Both the position numbers and the translations under genes were made by a program. A stretch of 64,000 nucleotides of DNA from Candidatus Levyibacteriota bacterium (GTDB lineage: Bacteria > Patescibacteriota > Microgenomatia > Levybacterales > UBA12049): assembly GCA_027459725.1 (NCBI GenBank), contig DAIDHK010000002.1:105866-169865 (forward strand), written 5' to 3'. Below are positions 20,544-30,020 of the stretch, piece after piece. The notes under the pieces are model-generated. The model was not told the origin of the DNA, searched no databases, and saw only the letters and a list, made by a program, of their open reading frames with translations. Positions within the stretch are counted from its first letter, which is position 1, and each line of letters begins with the position of its first letter.

Positions 20544-21646
20544 AAAGATTCGTCTTTAAAAATTAAATCCCAACTTAACCTCCCACTCCTTTGCCAATCA
20601 AATTTTTTAGAATATAATAGAGCATTTTTTTGCATATATCTGAGTTTATCAGGCTTTTTCAACAAATCAAGTACAGCCACCGCCATACTTTTTGGGTTAG
20701 GTTCAGTCAACAAACCTGTTTGCTCATGAACAATAGAATCCCGTAATCCTTCCACGTTATATCCTACTGTGGGCGTAGCTTGAGATGCAGCCTCAATTAC
20801 AGTTAATCCCCATCCCTCTTTTTTAGTGGCATTAAGCACTAACCACGCTTGCTCTAATAATTCAAATTTAGTCTTCTCATCTACAAATCCGAAATATACT
20901 ATTCGTTTCTTGTTTTTAATACTAGATTTATTTACTAGCCTTAAAAAGTCTCCTTTTTGTTGTTCCTCTCCAACTATCCATAATTTTACTTCTTGTTCTG
21001 AAATGCATATAAGGTTGAAAACCTCTAATACATCCTGTATTCCTTTATCTCTTACTAATCTTCCTAGGTACATTAATATTGGAGTACTGGTTTTAGGTAG
21101 CTTAGTTATGTCTTTGGGCACAATGACTCCATTTTCTATTAAATGAATCTTTCTTGTAGAGACATGAACATTAACTAGTTCTTTCTTAGTTGATTCTGAG
21201 ACTGTTATAAACGGAGTTTTTCTATATAAGATAAAAATAAGTGGTTCGAGCAAATAGCCAACTGACGCAATTAAAATATTTGTATTTAGAAACCATATTT
21301 TACCAGCTATTTCATGTATAACAGCTATGATTCTTCTCTTTTTTATAAATAAGGGAGTAAAAAAGGGAATAAAATGAAAGCAGTCAATCACTATATCAAA
21401 ACTGGATATTTTTCCAAAAATATAATTTATAAAGAAATGGCAATGTACTGTATATTCAGATCCTTCTCGTATAAATTTAATTCCATCTTTTATTTCGTTT
21501 TTTTTTGCACCTGGATAAGAAGAAGTATACCAACAGATACTAGCGCCTTTATTTTTCCAATATTTAGCATGCTGACTTACCATGATTTCAGCACCCCCTG
21601 CTAGGGGGTGCCAAGGATCACGCCAGTTAAGAATTAAAATTTTCAT
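20540..21646 (-). CDS. GT4 glycosyltransferase
   Basis: ORF 20540..21727. The likely start is the internal ATG at 21646 (MKILILNWRDPW...), which overlaps the upstream stop as ATGA. GT-B-like C-terminal half. Confidence 0.7.
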   Translation of the reverse strand: MKILILNWRDPWHPLAGGAEIMVSQHAKYWKNKGASICWYTSSYPGAKKNEIKDGIKFIREGSEYTVHCHFFINYIFGKISSFDIVIDCFHFIPFFTPLFIKKRRIIAVIHEIAGKIWFLNTNILIASVGYLLEPLIFILYRKTPFITVSESTKKELVNVHVSTRKIHLIENGVIVPKDITKLPKTSTPILMYLGRLVRDKGIQDVLEVFNLICISEQEVKLWIVGEEQQKGDFLRLVNKSSIKNKKRIVYFGFVDEKTKFELLEQAWLVLNATKKEGWGLTVIEAASQATPTVGYNVEGLRDSIVHEQTGLLTEPNPKSMAVAVLDLLKKPDKLRYMQKNALLYSKKFDWQRSGRLSWDLIFKDESL

Positions 21647-22389
21647 TTTTTCTGATAATAATGAACAATTTTTAAACGATAGAATACCGCTGCTGTATCC
21701 CACAACATCCAATATATAATTTTCCAAAAATTTCTTGAACTTATCGTACTTATACCAGTAAAATTAAGATGTACTGGGGATTCATAAATTCTATGATAGC
21801 CAAATCCATAAGCCACCGCTAAAACCTCAATATCGAAGGCAAATCTCTTGACTAATATTTTAGGGAAAACTTTCTGGGCAACTTCCCGTTTAAATAGTTT
21901 CATTCCTACCTGAGTATCTTTTATTTCAAATCCGAATAATATATGAGTCAAACTCCTATATCCCCAAGAAAGTATTTTACGTGTAATTGGATAATTCACG
22001 TGTGAATCAGGATGTAATTTACTTCCAATCACAATATCTGCCTTGTTTTTCTCCATTATATTTAACATAGTTTCCAATTCTTTTGGATCTAAATCCATAC
22101 CCGCGTCAATAAATCCAACAATATCTCCTTTAGCTTGCAAAATACCGTGTTTGACAGCATATCCTTTTCCGTAATTTTTTTTAAATCTTATAATTTTTAT
22201 TCTATTATCTTTTAAGCTTTTTACCCGTTTGTGAGTAGAATCAAATATTCCATCTACCACAACAATTATTTCAAATGGCATATGAAGCGCTATTAGAATG
22301 TGCATTAAACGATTTACGTCTTTCTTTATCGTTTCTTCTTGCTTATATGAGGGTACAACAATTGTAAGCTTATAAAGACGATTTGCCAT
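21643..22389 (-). CDS. DPM1-like polyprenyl-phosphate sugar synthase (soluble GT2)
   Basis: LTIVVPSYKQEETI, VVVDGIFDST and FIDAGMDLDP, about 240 aa. Paralogous to 38323, 48073 and 58059. Confidence 0.7.
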   Translation of the reverse strand: MANRLYKLTIVVPSYKQEETIKKDVNRLMHILIALHMPFEIIVVVDGIFDSTHKRVKSLKDNRIKIIRFKKNYGKGYAVKHGILQAKGDIVGFIDAGMDLDPKELETMLNIMEKNKADIVIGSKLHPDSHVNYPITRKILSWGYRSLTHILFGFEIKDTQVGMKLFKREVAQKVFPKILVKRFAFDIEVLAVAYGFGYHRIYESPVHLNFTGISTISSRNFWKIIYWMLWDTAAVFYRLKIVHYYQKK

Positions 22390-23638
22390 GTTCTGTCAAT
22401 TTTAGCTGAATAAGAAGAAAAATCAATACTATAGCCTCGACTAGTAAATTAATTGTGATTATTTGGAAAAAAGAGCGGTGGAATGAATATAGTAAAATGG
22501 CTTGCAGAATAGCTCCTAACAACAATACCATCCATACTGATGTTCTCTTTATTGATAAATATAGATTTACAGTCGTTGAAAGCATGGTATATACTACCAT
22601 CACCAAAGCATAATATCCGACCAAAGATGTAATTGCCAAATAAGCGCTTCTCCTTAAGAATAAACTAATAATAAACTGTGGATATATAGCATAAAAACTA
22701 GCTATGGCAATGGAAAAACCAGTCACCAGCATAAGAGCCAGCCAATAAGTGTTTATATATCTCTCACCTTTCTCCTGCTTTTGTACGATAATCGGAAACA
22801 TGGCCGAGGCGATAGGGCCACTAAAGAAAAAAATGACTCTTCCAAGAAAGGTTAAACCAGCATATAAACCTGCCTGATTTGCAGAAAAAAAATGTTTTAC
22901 CAGAAAAAGATCCGTAGAAATAAATGCGGTCAAGGCCACTAAGGATACTGCTGATTGCCAACTATATGATAATAAATTTGCCGGATGTATCTCATGCAAC
23001 TCTTTTGGGTGAGTACGTAAAAAACTCATTGGAATAAAAGTAAGCAGATAGGCAATCAAAAAGGCAAATAGAATTCCATATGCTACTCCCTCAAGGCCCC
23101 AACCCAGTAGAAACGCACCCAATGTGAAGCAGAATTTCATAACAGCGGACATAAAATTAATACTTGTAAGATAAAAGAATGACAGCCTCGCTTGTAAGAA
23201 TGCTTGGTTAATTACACTTAAGGATGAAACTACAATTATTAATAGTGCCAATATCAATAAAGGAGTTGAAGTAATATGAAAAAATGATTTTAAAGCAGGA
23301 AGAGACAGAGTTGATAGTATAAATAGAAGAAAAATTACAGGTAATGCAAATGAATAGATAGTTACAAAAAATCCTTTAACCTTCCCCAATTCTTGTTTCA
23401 CAAACATTCCCCCGGTATAACTGACAATAATCAAGTTTAAGAAGCTAAAAGCAAAACCAGGTAGGTTGATAAAAGCCAAAAGCAAAGCTAATACTCCATA
23501 TTGATCTAATGGGAGCCGAGAAACCATCTGCTGGTTGAAAAGAAAGTTGACCAGGTTGGCTAAAAAACTACCAAGTAAAATTATACTACTCCCGGAAATA
23601 AGAGGATTATTGTATATCCGGCTGATGTGTTGTTTCAT
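22370..23638 (-). CDS. Wzx-like (MOP superfamily) polysaccharide flippase
   Basis: 422 aa and 12-14 TM. Its general organisation matches 46635..48086. The N-terminus overlaps the upstream gene, so the true start is probably internal. Confidence 0.65.
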   Translation of the reverse strand: MKQHISRIYNNPLISGSSIILLGSFLANLVNFLFNQQMVSRLPLDQYGVLALLLAFINLPGFAFSFLNLIIVSYTGGMFVKQELGKVKGFFVTIYSFALPVIFLLFILSTLSLPALKSFFHITSTPLLILALLIIVVSSLSVINQAFLQARLSFFYLTSINFMSAVMKFCFTLGAFLLGWGLEGVAYGILFAFLIAYLLTFIPMSFLRTHPKELHEIHPANLLSYSWQSAVSLVALTAFISTDLFLVKHFFSANQAGLYAGLTFLGRVIFFFSGPIASAMFPIIVQKQEKGERYINTYWLALMLVTGFSIAIASFYAIYPQFIISLFLRRSAYLAITSLVGYYALVMVVYTMLSTTVNLYLSIKRTSVWMVLLLGAILQAILLYSFHRSFFQIITINLLVEAIVLIFLLIQLKLTEHGKSSL

Positions 23639-24692
23639 AGACTTTTTTATATACTGCTACTGTTTCCCGGGCAGTTTTCTCCCAGGAATAATTTTTTGCT
23701 TGTTGTAAACCTTTCAAAGAAAGCTGCTTTTGTAATTCGTTTGATGTAAAAACTTTCTGTATCCCTTTTATGATATCATTTTCATCCTCTCCATTGATAT
23801 ATAGACATGAGTCACCTGCTATTTCTTGTAATGATCCATTTTTAGTAGTTACAACAGGACATCCACATTGCATTGCTTCTAATACCGGTAAACCAAAACC
23901 TTCATAAAGTGACGGGAAAACAAAACAGCTAGCGAGATTATACAATTTTACTAAATCCTCAGTCGGAACGAAACCAATTTTATAAATATTTTTAATATTG
24001 TTTAGTTCTGTATTCAGCATATGTAAATCGTGATTCCAGATATTTGTCTTATCATAATTCTCTGAGGTCAAAGCCTTCCCTACCATCACAAGCGGAATAT
24101 ATGTCTTGGCAACTGCTTTTATTAGTCGTGGTAAATTCTTGTTCCACGTTACATCCCCAACATAAAGCATAAATTTTTGCGGCAAACTATATTTTTTTAG
24201 TATTTCATTTTTCTGTACTTGGTTTAAAGGCTCTTTCCTAAATACCTTGTCAGCAGCAAGGTAAACCACATGCACTTTTACTGGATCAAAACCTAATATT
24301 GAAATAATATCTTTCTTTGATGATTCAGAATCAGTAATAATAGCATCTGCTTTTTTGACTAAAAACTTTTGTGCTTGCCATTTTAAATTGCCCTTAATCC
24401 CTACAGGAAAATGCTCCTGAAAAACAACAGGAGTTAAATCATGGATAGTCACTATAAAAGGTGCTTTTTTAAATTTAGGTAAATGTACAAAAAACGGATC
24501 AAAATATGGTATGTGCAAAATATCTGCCGATTGTGGATAGTCAGACAAGTCTTCAATAAAAATATACTTATTATTTGGGAAATATTTAACTAATGACCCT
24601 TTTAGGTTTTGAACGTAAAAACCAACTCCCCTGACTTTATGTTGAGACTCTTTAGTTGAGCTAATTGGAGAGATATCCAGAGCGATGTTCAT
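23607..24692 (-). CDS. GT4 glycosyltransferase
   Basis: EGFGLPVLEAM motif. Confidence 0.8.
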   Translation of the reverse strand: MNIALDISPISSTKESQHKVRGVGFYVQNLKGSLVKYFPNNKYIFIEDLSDYPQSADILHIPYFDPFFVHLPKFKKAPFIVTIHDLTPVVFQEHFPVGIKGNLKWQAQKFLVKKADAIITDSESSKKDIISILGFDPVKVHVVYLAADKVFRKEPLNQVQKNEILKKYSLPQKFMLYVGDVTWNKNLPRLIKAVAKTYIPLVMVGKALTSENYDKTNIWNHDLHMLNTELNNIKNIYKIGFVPTEDLVKLYNLASCFVFPSLYEGFGLPVLEAMQCGCPVVTTKNGSLQEIAGDSCLYINGEDENDIIKGIQKVFTSNELQKQLSLKGLQQAKNYSWEKTARETVAVYKKVYETTHQPDIQ

Positions 24693-24699
24693 AACTAAG

Positions 24700-25668
24700 T
24701 TAGCTATTCTTTTTATGCCAATCCCAAGCAGTAGAGATTATTGTTTCCAGGTCTGAATATTCAGGTAAAAAACCTAAGATATTCTTAGATTTTGTGTTAT
24801 CAGCATAAATAGCAGGAGCATCACCGAATCTTCGAGGTTTAAAAACAATAGGCACTTGTTTATCTGTAATTTTTTCAATCGTGGAAATAACTTCTTTATT
24901 TGAATATCCATGCCCAGTTCCCAAATTAAAGCTATCGCTAGTCTTATCTCTGGCCATTTTTTGCAGTGCCAAACTATGAGCAGTTGCTAAATCTTCTACA
25001 TGTATATAGTCTCTAATACAAGTACCATCAGGGGTATCATAATCATTGCCATACAATTCAAACTCTCTTCTCTTACCTAACGCAACCTGAAGTGCAATTG
25101 GAATAATATGGGTTTCAGGATTATGATTTTCTCCCAGACTTGCATCCAATGCTGCTCCTGAAGCGTTGAAATAACGCAATATAATCGATTTTATGCCAAA
25201 TATCTTATCATACCAACCCAACATCTTCTCAAACATCAATTTAGACTCTCCGTAGACATTTTCTGTATTGAAAGGGTCAGCTTCACTAACGGGCAATTTT
25301 TTTGGTTGTCCAAATACCGTACAGCTTGAAGAGAAAACAATGGAGGGAACTTTACTTGCCACCATATACTCTAAAAGATTCAAACCCCCATTCAAATTGC
25401 TATAGAAATATTTGTAGGGATTTTGCATTGACTCTCCAACATATGCATAAGCAGCAAAATGGATAACACCATCAAATTTCTTATCTTTCAATGAATTGAA
25501 CAAAAACTCCTTATCTGTCAAATCACCAACTATAAGTGGACAATTAACGCTTTCTTTATGTCCGTAAACTAGGTTATCAAAAACAGTTACGTTATGCCCT
25601 TCTTTAAGTAGTCTTTTAACTGTAATACTTCCAATATAACCCGCTCCGCCCGTTACCAAAATATTCAT
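24700..25668 (-). CDS. galE: UDP-glucose 4-epimerase
   Basis: MNILVTGGAGYIGS Rossmann motif, the YGESK catalytic YxxxK, and length and end motifs typical of GalE. Confidence 0.9.
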   Translation of the reverse strand: MNILVTGGAGYIGSITVKRLLKEGHNVTVFDNLVYGHKESVNCPLIVGDLTDKEFLFNSLKDKKFDGVIHFAAYAYVGESMQNPYKYFYSNLNGGLNLLEYMVASKVPSIVFSSSCTVFGQPKKLPVSEADPFNTENVYGESKLMFEKMLGWYDKIFGIKSIILRYFNASGAALDASLGENHNPETHIIPIALQVALGKRREFELYGNDYDTPDGTCIRDYIHVEDLATAHSLALQKMARDKTSDSFNLGTGHGYSNKEVISTIEKITDKQVPIVFKPRRFGDAPAIYADNTKSKNILGFLPEYSDLETIISTAWDWHKKNS

Positions 25669-25674
25669 AATATC

Positions 25675-25689
25675 CTTATTGTAGCAAAT
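25675..25689 (-). promoter_or_regulatory. Extended -10 promoter element TGCTACAAT 9 nt upstream of the galE ATG
   Basis: Minus-strand ATTTGCTACAATAAG. The identical 15-mer recurs at 43300..43314 upstream of another operon head. A CTGACA -35-like hexamer lies 17 bp upstream. Confidence 0.4.
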
Positions 25690-25777
25690 ATAATTATAGA
25701 TGTCAGGATAAAGTGAGTTGGTTTAGTCCAACCTTGTATAACAATAATCTGGCTGGTAGTATATATAAATATCTGAG

Positions 25778-27268
25778 ATGAAAATAATTTACTATCTGAA
25801 ACGAAAAATAAAAAAAATAGACCATAAATTTGTTATTCCGTCTGGTTTGATAATCCTTTTCGCTGCTGCTATTAGATTCTATAACTTCCAAAATCAATGG
25901 ATTCTATGGACTGATCAGGCTTCATTTGCTCTGTTAACAAGATATGCTCTTTTTAACTTTAAACTACCCTTACTTGGTCAATTTACCTCAGCAGGTCCTT
26001 TTCAAGTTGGTGGAGAGTGGTATTGGTTTTTGATGATTGGACAGGCATTATATCCTTTCTCTTTTCTCTCACAATGGGTATGGCTAATATTACTCTATAT
26101 TCTTTTCGTTATAGTGATAATGTACTTTGCGAAACAATTAGTTGATAAAAAGTTTGCGTTGATAGTTGGTGTAATAACTGCATTTTCCCCAGCAGAAATT
26201 TATCAAGGTTTTAACCTTGAAAACCTCTCTCCAATTCCTTTTTTATCACTTTTAGCTATGGTTTTTTCTATTAGATATATACGCAAAAGTAATAGTCTAG
26301 ATTTATACTTACTTGCCTTGATTTGTGGACTAGCTCCTGCATTCCACCCTCAAGGCTTTGCTCTATTATTATTGCTCGCAACCACTTTAATACTCAAAGG
26401 TAAACCGAAATGGGTATATTTATTATGCATTCCTCTTCTCTTATTGCCGTGGCTACCTGTCTTTATCGCAGACTCTCAAAATCATTTTCATAACACTCAA
26501 AATATGATTAATTATTATTTATTCGGGCAGAATAAAATTCCACTTGATGTTTTAGGTCGAAGGTGGTCTACTTATCTTGGTGTTTTTATACCCCAATCGT
26601 GGGCATATATTGTAGGTGGATGGCCAATTTTAGCCTATTTGACCATGTTGGGAATATTATTACTAACCGTTTATAACGCTCTAAAACTCAAATTAACAAA
26701 AGAATGGTTGGTAATAATATTATCCTTCTTAATGATACTAACTCTTTTCCGATACTCACATGTCCCGCTCTTCGGTACTTATCTGCTAACCCTACACCCA
26801 TATATTATACTATTGACTGGTTATCTTATATATTTTCTGATAAACAGATATTTTCTTATAGGAATTATAAGCCTAATTATTCTAACTATTGGAAGTTTTT
26901 ACAAATATTCTAAGGGACTCGTTTCTGAAAACTACAATGCCCTTCAGGTATCTAATCTGGAAAAAGTCTTAGTAGATAAGTATCCCCACCAATCGTTTGC
27001 CATTTATGATTATCAAGATAGCGCCGTAGGTATAAGTGAAGCACTATCTCTCTACCTCTACAATGATAATAAGATTGATGATAAGGGTAAGAAAATAGGA
27101 ATAACAACCAGACAAACAGATAACTTATATAATATTTATACAGATAAAAAAGGATATACCTTAGAAGATCTCTCTGAATCAAATGATTCTAAACTAAATT
27201 CAAAAGAATGGGATTTAGTAAATCCGAGTTCAATTTATCATAAAGTGCAGGAATGGTTCAAAAATTAG
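25778..27268 (+). CDS. Polytopic membrane protein, uncharacterised GT-C-like family A (paralogs 28559 and 30021)
   Basis: 496 aa. The N-terminal loop motif TDQASF...PLLGQFTSAGPFQVGGEWYW is shared with D..RD...GP..G...FGPWYY in both paralogs. Confidence 0.6.
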   Translation: MKIIYYLKRKIKKIDHKFVIPSGLIILFAAAIRFYNFQNQWILWTDQASFALLTRYALFNFKLPLLGQFTSAGPFQVGGEWYWFLMIGQALYPFSFLSQWVWLILLYILFVIVIMYFAKQLVDKKFALIVGVITAFSPAEIYQGFNLENLSPIPFLSLLAMVFSIRYIRKSNSLDLYLLALICGLAPAFHPQGFALLLLLATTLILKGKPKWVYLLCIPLLLLPWLPVFIADSQNHFHNTQNMINYYLFGQNKIPLDVLGRRWSTYLGVFIPQSWAYIVGGWPILAYLTMLGILLLTVYNALKLKLTKEWLVIILSFLMILTLFRYSHVPLFGTYLLTLHPYIILLTGYLIYFLINRYFLIGIISLIILTIGSFYKYSKGLVSENYNALQVSNLEKVLVDKYPHQSFAIYDYQDSAVGISEALSLYLYNDNKIDDKGKKIGITTRQTDNLYNIYTDKKGYTLEDLSESNDSKLNSKEWDLVNPSSIYHKVQEWFKN

Positions 27269-27700
27269 CAAAAATGAATAGTAACTTTTCCCTGTTTGCC
27301 AAAGTAAAACAAAAAATAGTAATGAAAGTGAAGCAAACAGAGCCACGAAGGAATGCTGCATTAGAATTGTTGAACTATCTATTAACTGTGGAGAAAAAAC
27401 AGACAGGATTAACATTATTAGAAATCCCAATCTCCCGCTTTAACGAAAACCTATTAAAGACAGGACAACTAAGGTAGATACAGCACATATTCCTAATATA
27501 ATCCATGGTCCATAAAAAGTAGGGAAAATTACAAGTCCAAGCATAATTGACCATAAATAAACAGGCCCGAAAACAAAAGGCCCAGCTGAGCTGAAAGAAC
27601 CAATAAGTGGGATTGAATGTCTCATTATTGCTTCTTTAGCAATTGATAAGTCACGTCCGTTATCAACACCTATTTGAATTCAGTAAAGAAAGTTATCTAA
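27230..27700 (-). pseudogene. Frameshifted, decayed inverted copy of the N-terminal region of a family-A membrane protein
   Basis: Minus-strand fragments IGVDNGRDLSIAKEAIMRHSIPLIGSFSSAGPFVFGPVYLWSIML... (preceded by a TGA) and, in another frame, ILSVFSPQLIDSSTILMQHSFVALFASLSL. They parallel residues ~45-160 of 25778..27268. Confidence 0.45.
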
Positions 27701-27795
27701 ACGAAGATAGAGAGCAATGATTACAATAATTGTTACAAGGATATAAATCTAATTTTTCTTATGAAAAATGTAATGCCTGGATAGCCTTAGACTCT

Positions 27796-28557
27796 TCACT
27801 TCATTTTCAAATACTTTCGATATGCCATGGGAAAACGAAGTGCAGAGAATAAAGAGAAAACAAATCCCTGCCATCCGTCCATAAAACCTTTATGCCTACC
27901 ATAGGTTAGTACAAACCACCAAGCTGGTTTAAAAAACGAGTAGTTTATAAACGTAAAAAAGCTTTTACTAGTATTACTTTCTGCTAATTCATCTGCAATA
28001 CGATCAGTATATCGATTTAGTCTTAATAAATAACGTTTAAATTCAGGGTCTGAGAGATGAATCATAGGCTCTTGCAGATATCCAACTTTACCTTCAACTA
28101 TTGCCTGCTCATGAACATCTTTTAAAGCAAAATGAACCTTCCCTTTTCTATAGAGCCTTAACTGATAATCTGGATATACACCACCCTTCATTAAATAACG
28201 TCCTAAATACCAATTTTTACGCGGTATCCAATAACCATTAAATTTATTATCATCGTTTATTAGAATATCTCTAATTTCTTTTTCTAATGCAGGTGTGATT
28301 CTTTCATCTGCATCCAGATTGAGAATCCAGTCTTTTGTTGCCATATCAATTGCTTTCTGGCGATTGATTAAAAATATTGGCGGATTATCTGTAATTTTTA
28401 TTTTTGCTCCATATTTTTTTGCTATTTGTACAGTTTTGTCCTTTGATGTACCATCTACTACAATAATTTCATCGGCGATACCCTTTATAGATTCAAGACA
28501 ATCAATCAAGTTATTCTCTTCATTATATGTAGAAGTTATAAAAGAAAGTTTTTTCAT
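27796..28557 (-). CDS. GT2 glycosyltransferase (DADE-motif subgroup)
   Basis: LSFITSTYNEENNL and ILNLDADERI. Paralog of 43362..44111. Confidence 0.75.
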   Translation of the reverse strand: MKKLSFITSTYNEENNLIDCLESIKGIADEIIVVDGTSKDKTVQIAKKYGAKIKITDNPPIFLINRQKAIDMATKDWILNLDADERITPALEKEIRDILINDDNKFNGYWIPRKNWYLGRYLMKGGVYPDYQLRLYRKGKVHFALKDVHEQAIVEGKVGYLQEPMIHLSDPEFKRYLLRLNRYTDRIADELAESNTSKSFFTFINYSFFKPAWWFVLTYGRHKGFMDGWQGFVFSLFSALRFPMAYRKYLKMK

Positions 28558-28558
28558 C

Positions 28559-30019
28559 CTATTTCCTCCATCCCTCTAGTGTATCACTATAAACTATTTC
28601 AGGTGTAATTAATTTCCACCCCTGATTTTGAATATCACTCCTGCTTGTGTGTGTAAGATTTATATTAATAATGGTAGCTGTAATTTTAAGAGGACAATTA
28701 AAATCTGCCATACCTAACCTAGCGCCCGAACCAGTCAGAGATAGCCTATTAGCCTGTAGCAAAAAAAACTCAATTCCCTGTGCATAATTTTGACCTCCCT
28801 TTCCACATGCATATACTGCAATTTTTTTATCGGGATACTGATGCATAAAGTTAAATGCTATAGTCCTCATAGTCAGCTGATCAACCCTAGATCTGAGGGG
28901 AATAATATCCTGTCTAATCATAAAAAATGAAAGAATTATTAATACCAATCCTGTAATAACAAAGCCAAATTTTATATTTTTCATTTTCCAAAGGGCAATT
29001 GCGAAGAAAATGAATATAAAACTATGCAAGTAAAGATAGTAATAATAGTCTCTTTGAGCTATAACGTATCTTAAAACTAAAAAGTTTATTGCAAATGTAA
29101 GCAATAAATACATATATATATGTTTTATTTTTCTCTTAAAAATAATAATCAATAATATAACTGATACGAATAGCAGTATTATTATTCCTCCTATGTAATT
29201 AATACCGAAGATATAAGACCAGAAAGGGAGCCAGAAATGAAATAAATATAACTTCCATCCATTTGGAACATATGGATGGTGTATAGCAAAGTATTCTATC
29301 CCTTTTAAAGTTTGCCCATGACTAAGAAAATTAAAAACAATTAAAGGAATCCATGGGGGCAGGAAACCTGTAATAAAAGCTAATAATCTTTTAAGTATAT
29401 TTTTATTAACAATGACAAAAAATATGATGGGTAGAACAATTAATCCCAGCATTTGATAATGAATATTAATCCCTATGCTTAGTACAAATCCCCAGAGGAA
29501 AAACCACCAGACCGAAGGTTCTTTAGCCAGATATAACTTCACAAATAGCCATATTACAATCACTGAGTATAAAGGAATTAGATCCGGATTGCTCAATCCT
29601 TGAGTTTGGCCTGTTTCAGATGGAGAAACTGCAGCCAAAAATGCCAATAGCAGACCGAACCATTTATTTTCCAGTAATTCACCTATTTTATAAAGAAATA
29701 AACTTACCAGTACTGAAGAAATACCTACCAGATACCAAGCTGAATAATAGAACGGAAAAATTATTTGCCATATAATCATTTGATAGTAATACCAAGGACC
29801 AAATGTTATAGGAGCTATACCAGATGCAGCTCCTACTAGAGGAAAACTAAAGGTTTTAGCTCCATATAAAATTATTAAAGCGTCTCTTGTAGGATCAAAA
29901 TCAAAACCATACCGGGCAGGAGTATTATAGAAGCGAAAGAAGATTGATACGAGGAGTATCAAAACCAAAAGTAGATTCGTTAGACTAAAATATTTTTTCT
30001 CTATAGTATTTATTTTCAT
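28559..30019 (-). CDS. Polytopic membrane protein, family A paralog
   Basis: ORF 28559..30094. The probable start is the internal ATG near 30019 (MKINTIEKKYF), 1 nt after the upstream stop. N-terminal loop FDPTRDALIILYG...GPWYYYQ. Confidence 0.6.
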   Translation of the reverse strand: MKINTIEKKYFSLTNLLLVLILLVSIFFRFYNTPARYGFDFDPTRDALIILYGAKTFSFPLVGAASGIAPITFGPWYYYQMIIWQIIFPFYYSAWYLVGISSVLVSLFLYKIGELLENKWFGLLLAFLAAVSPSETGQTQGLSNPDLIPLYSVIVIWLFVKLYLAKEPSVWWFFLWGFVLSIGINIHYQMLGLIVLPIIFFVIVNKNILKRLLAFITGFLPPWIPLIVFNFLSHGQTLKGIEYFAIHHPYVPNGWKLYLFHFWLPFWSYIFGINYIGGIIILLFVSVILLIIIFKRKIKHIYMYLLLTFAINFLVLRYVIAQRDYYYYLYLHSFIFIFFAIALWKMKNIKFGFVITGLVLIILSFFMIRQDIIPLRSRVDQLTMRTIAFNFMHQYPDKKIAVYACGKGGQNYAQGIEFFLLQANRLSLTGSGARLGMADFNCPLKITATIININLTHTSRSDIQNQGWKLITPEIVYSDTLEGWRK

Positions 30020-30020
30020 A

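Noticed and set aside
27253-27625. ORFs 27253..27477 (+) and 27440..27625 (-) as independent genes
   Set aside because: The minus-strand 61-aa and 66-aa ORFs are better explained as frame-shifted pieces of one decayed family-A paralog. The plus ORF is antisense to them.
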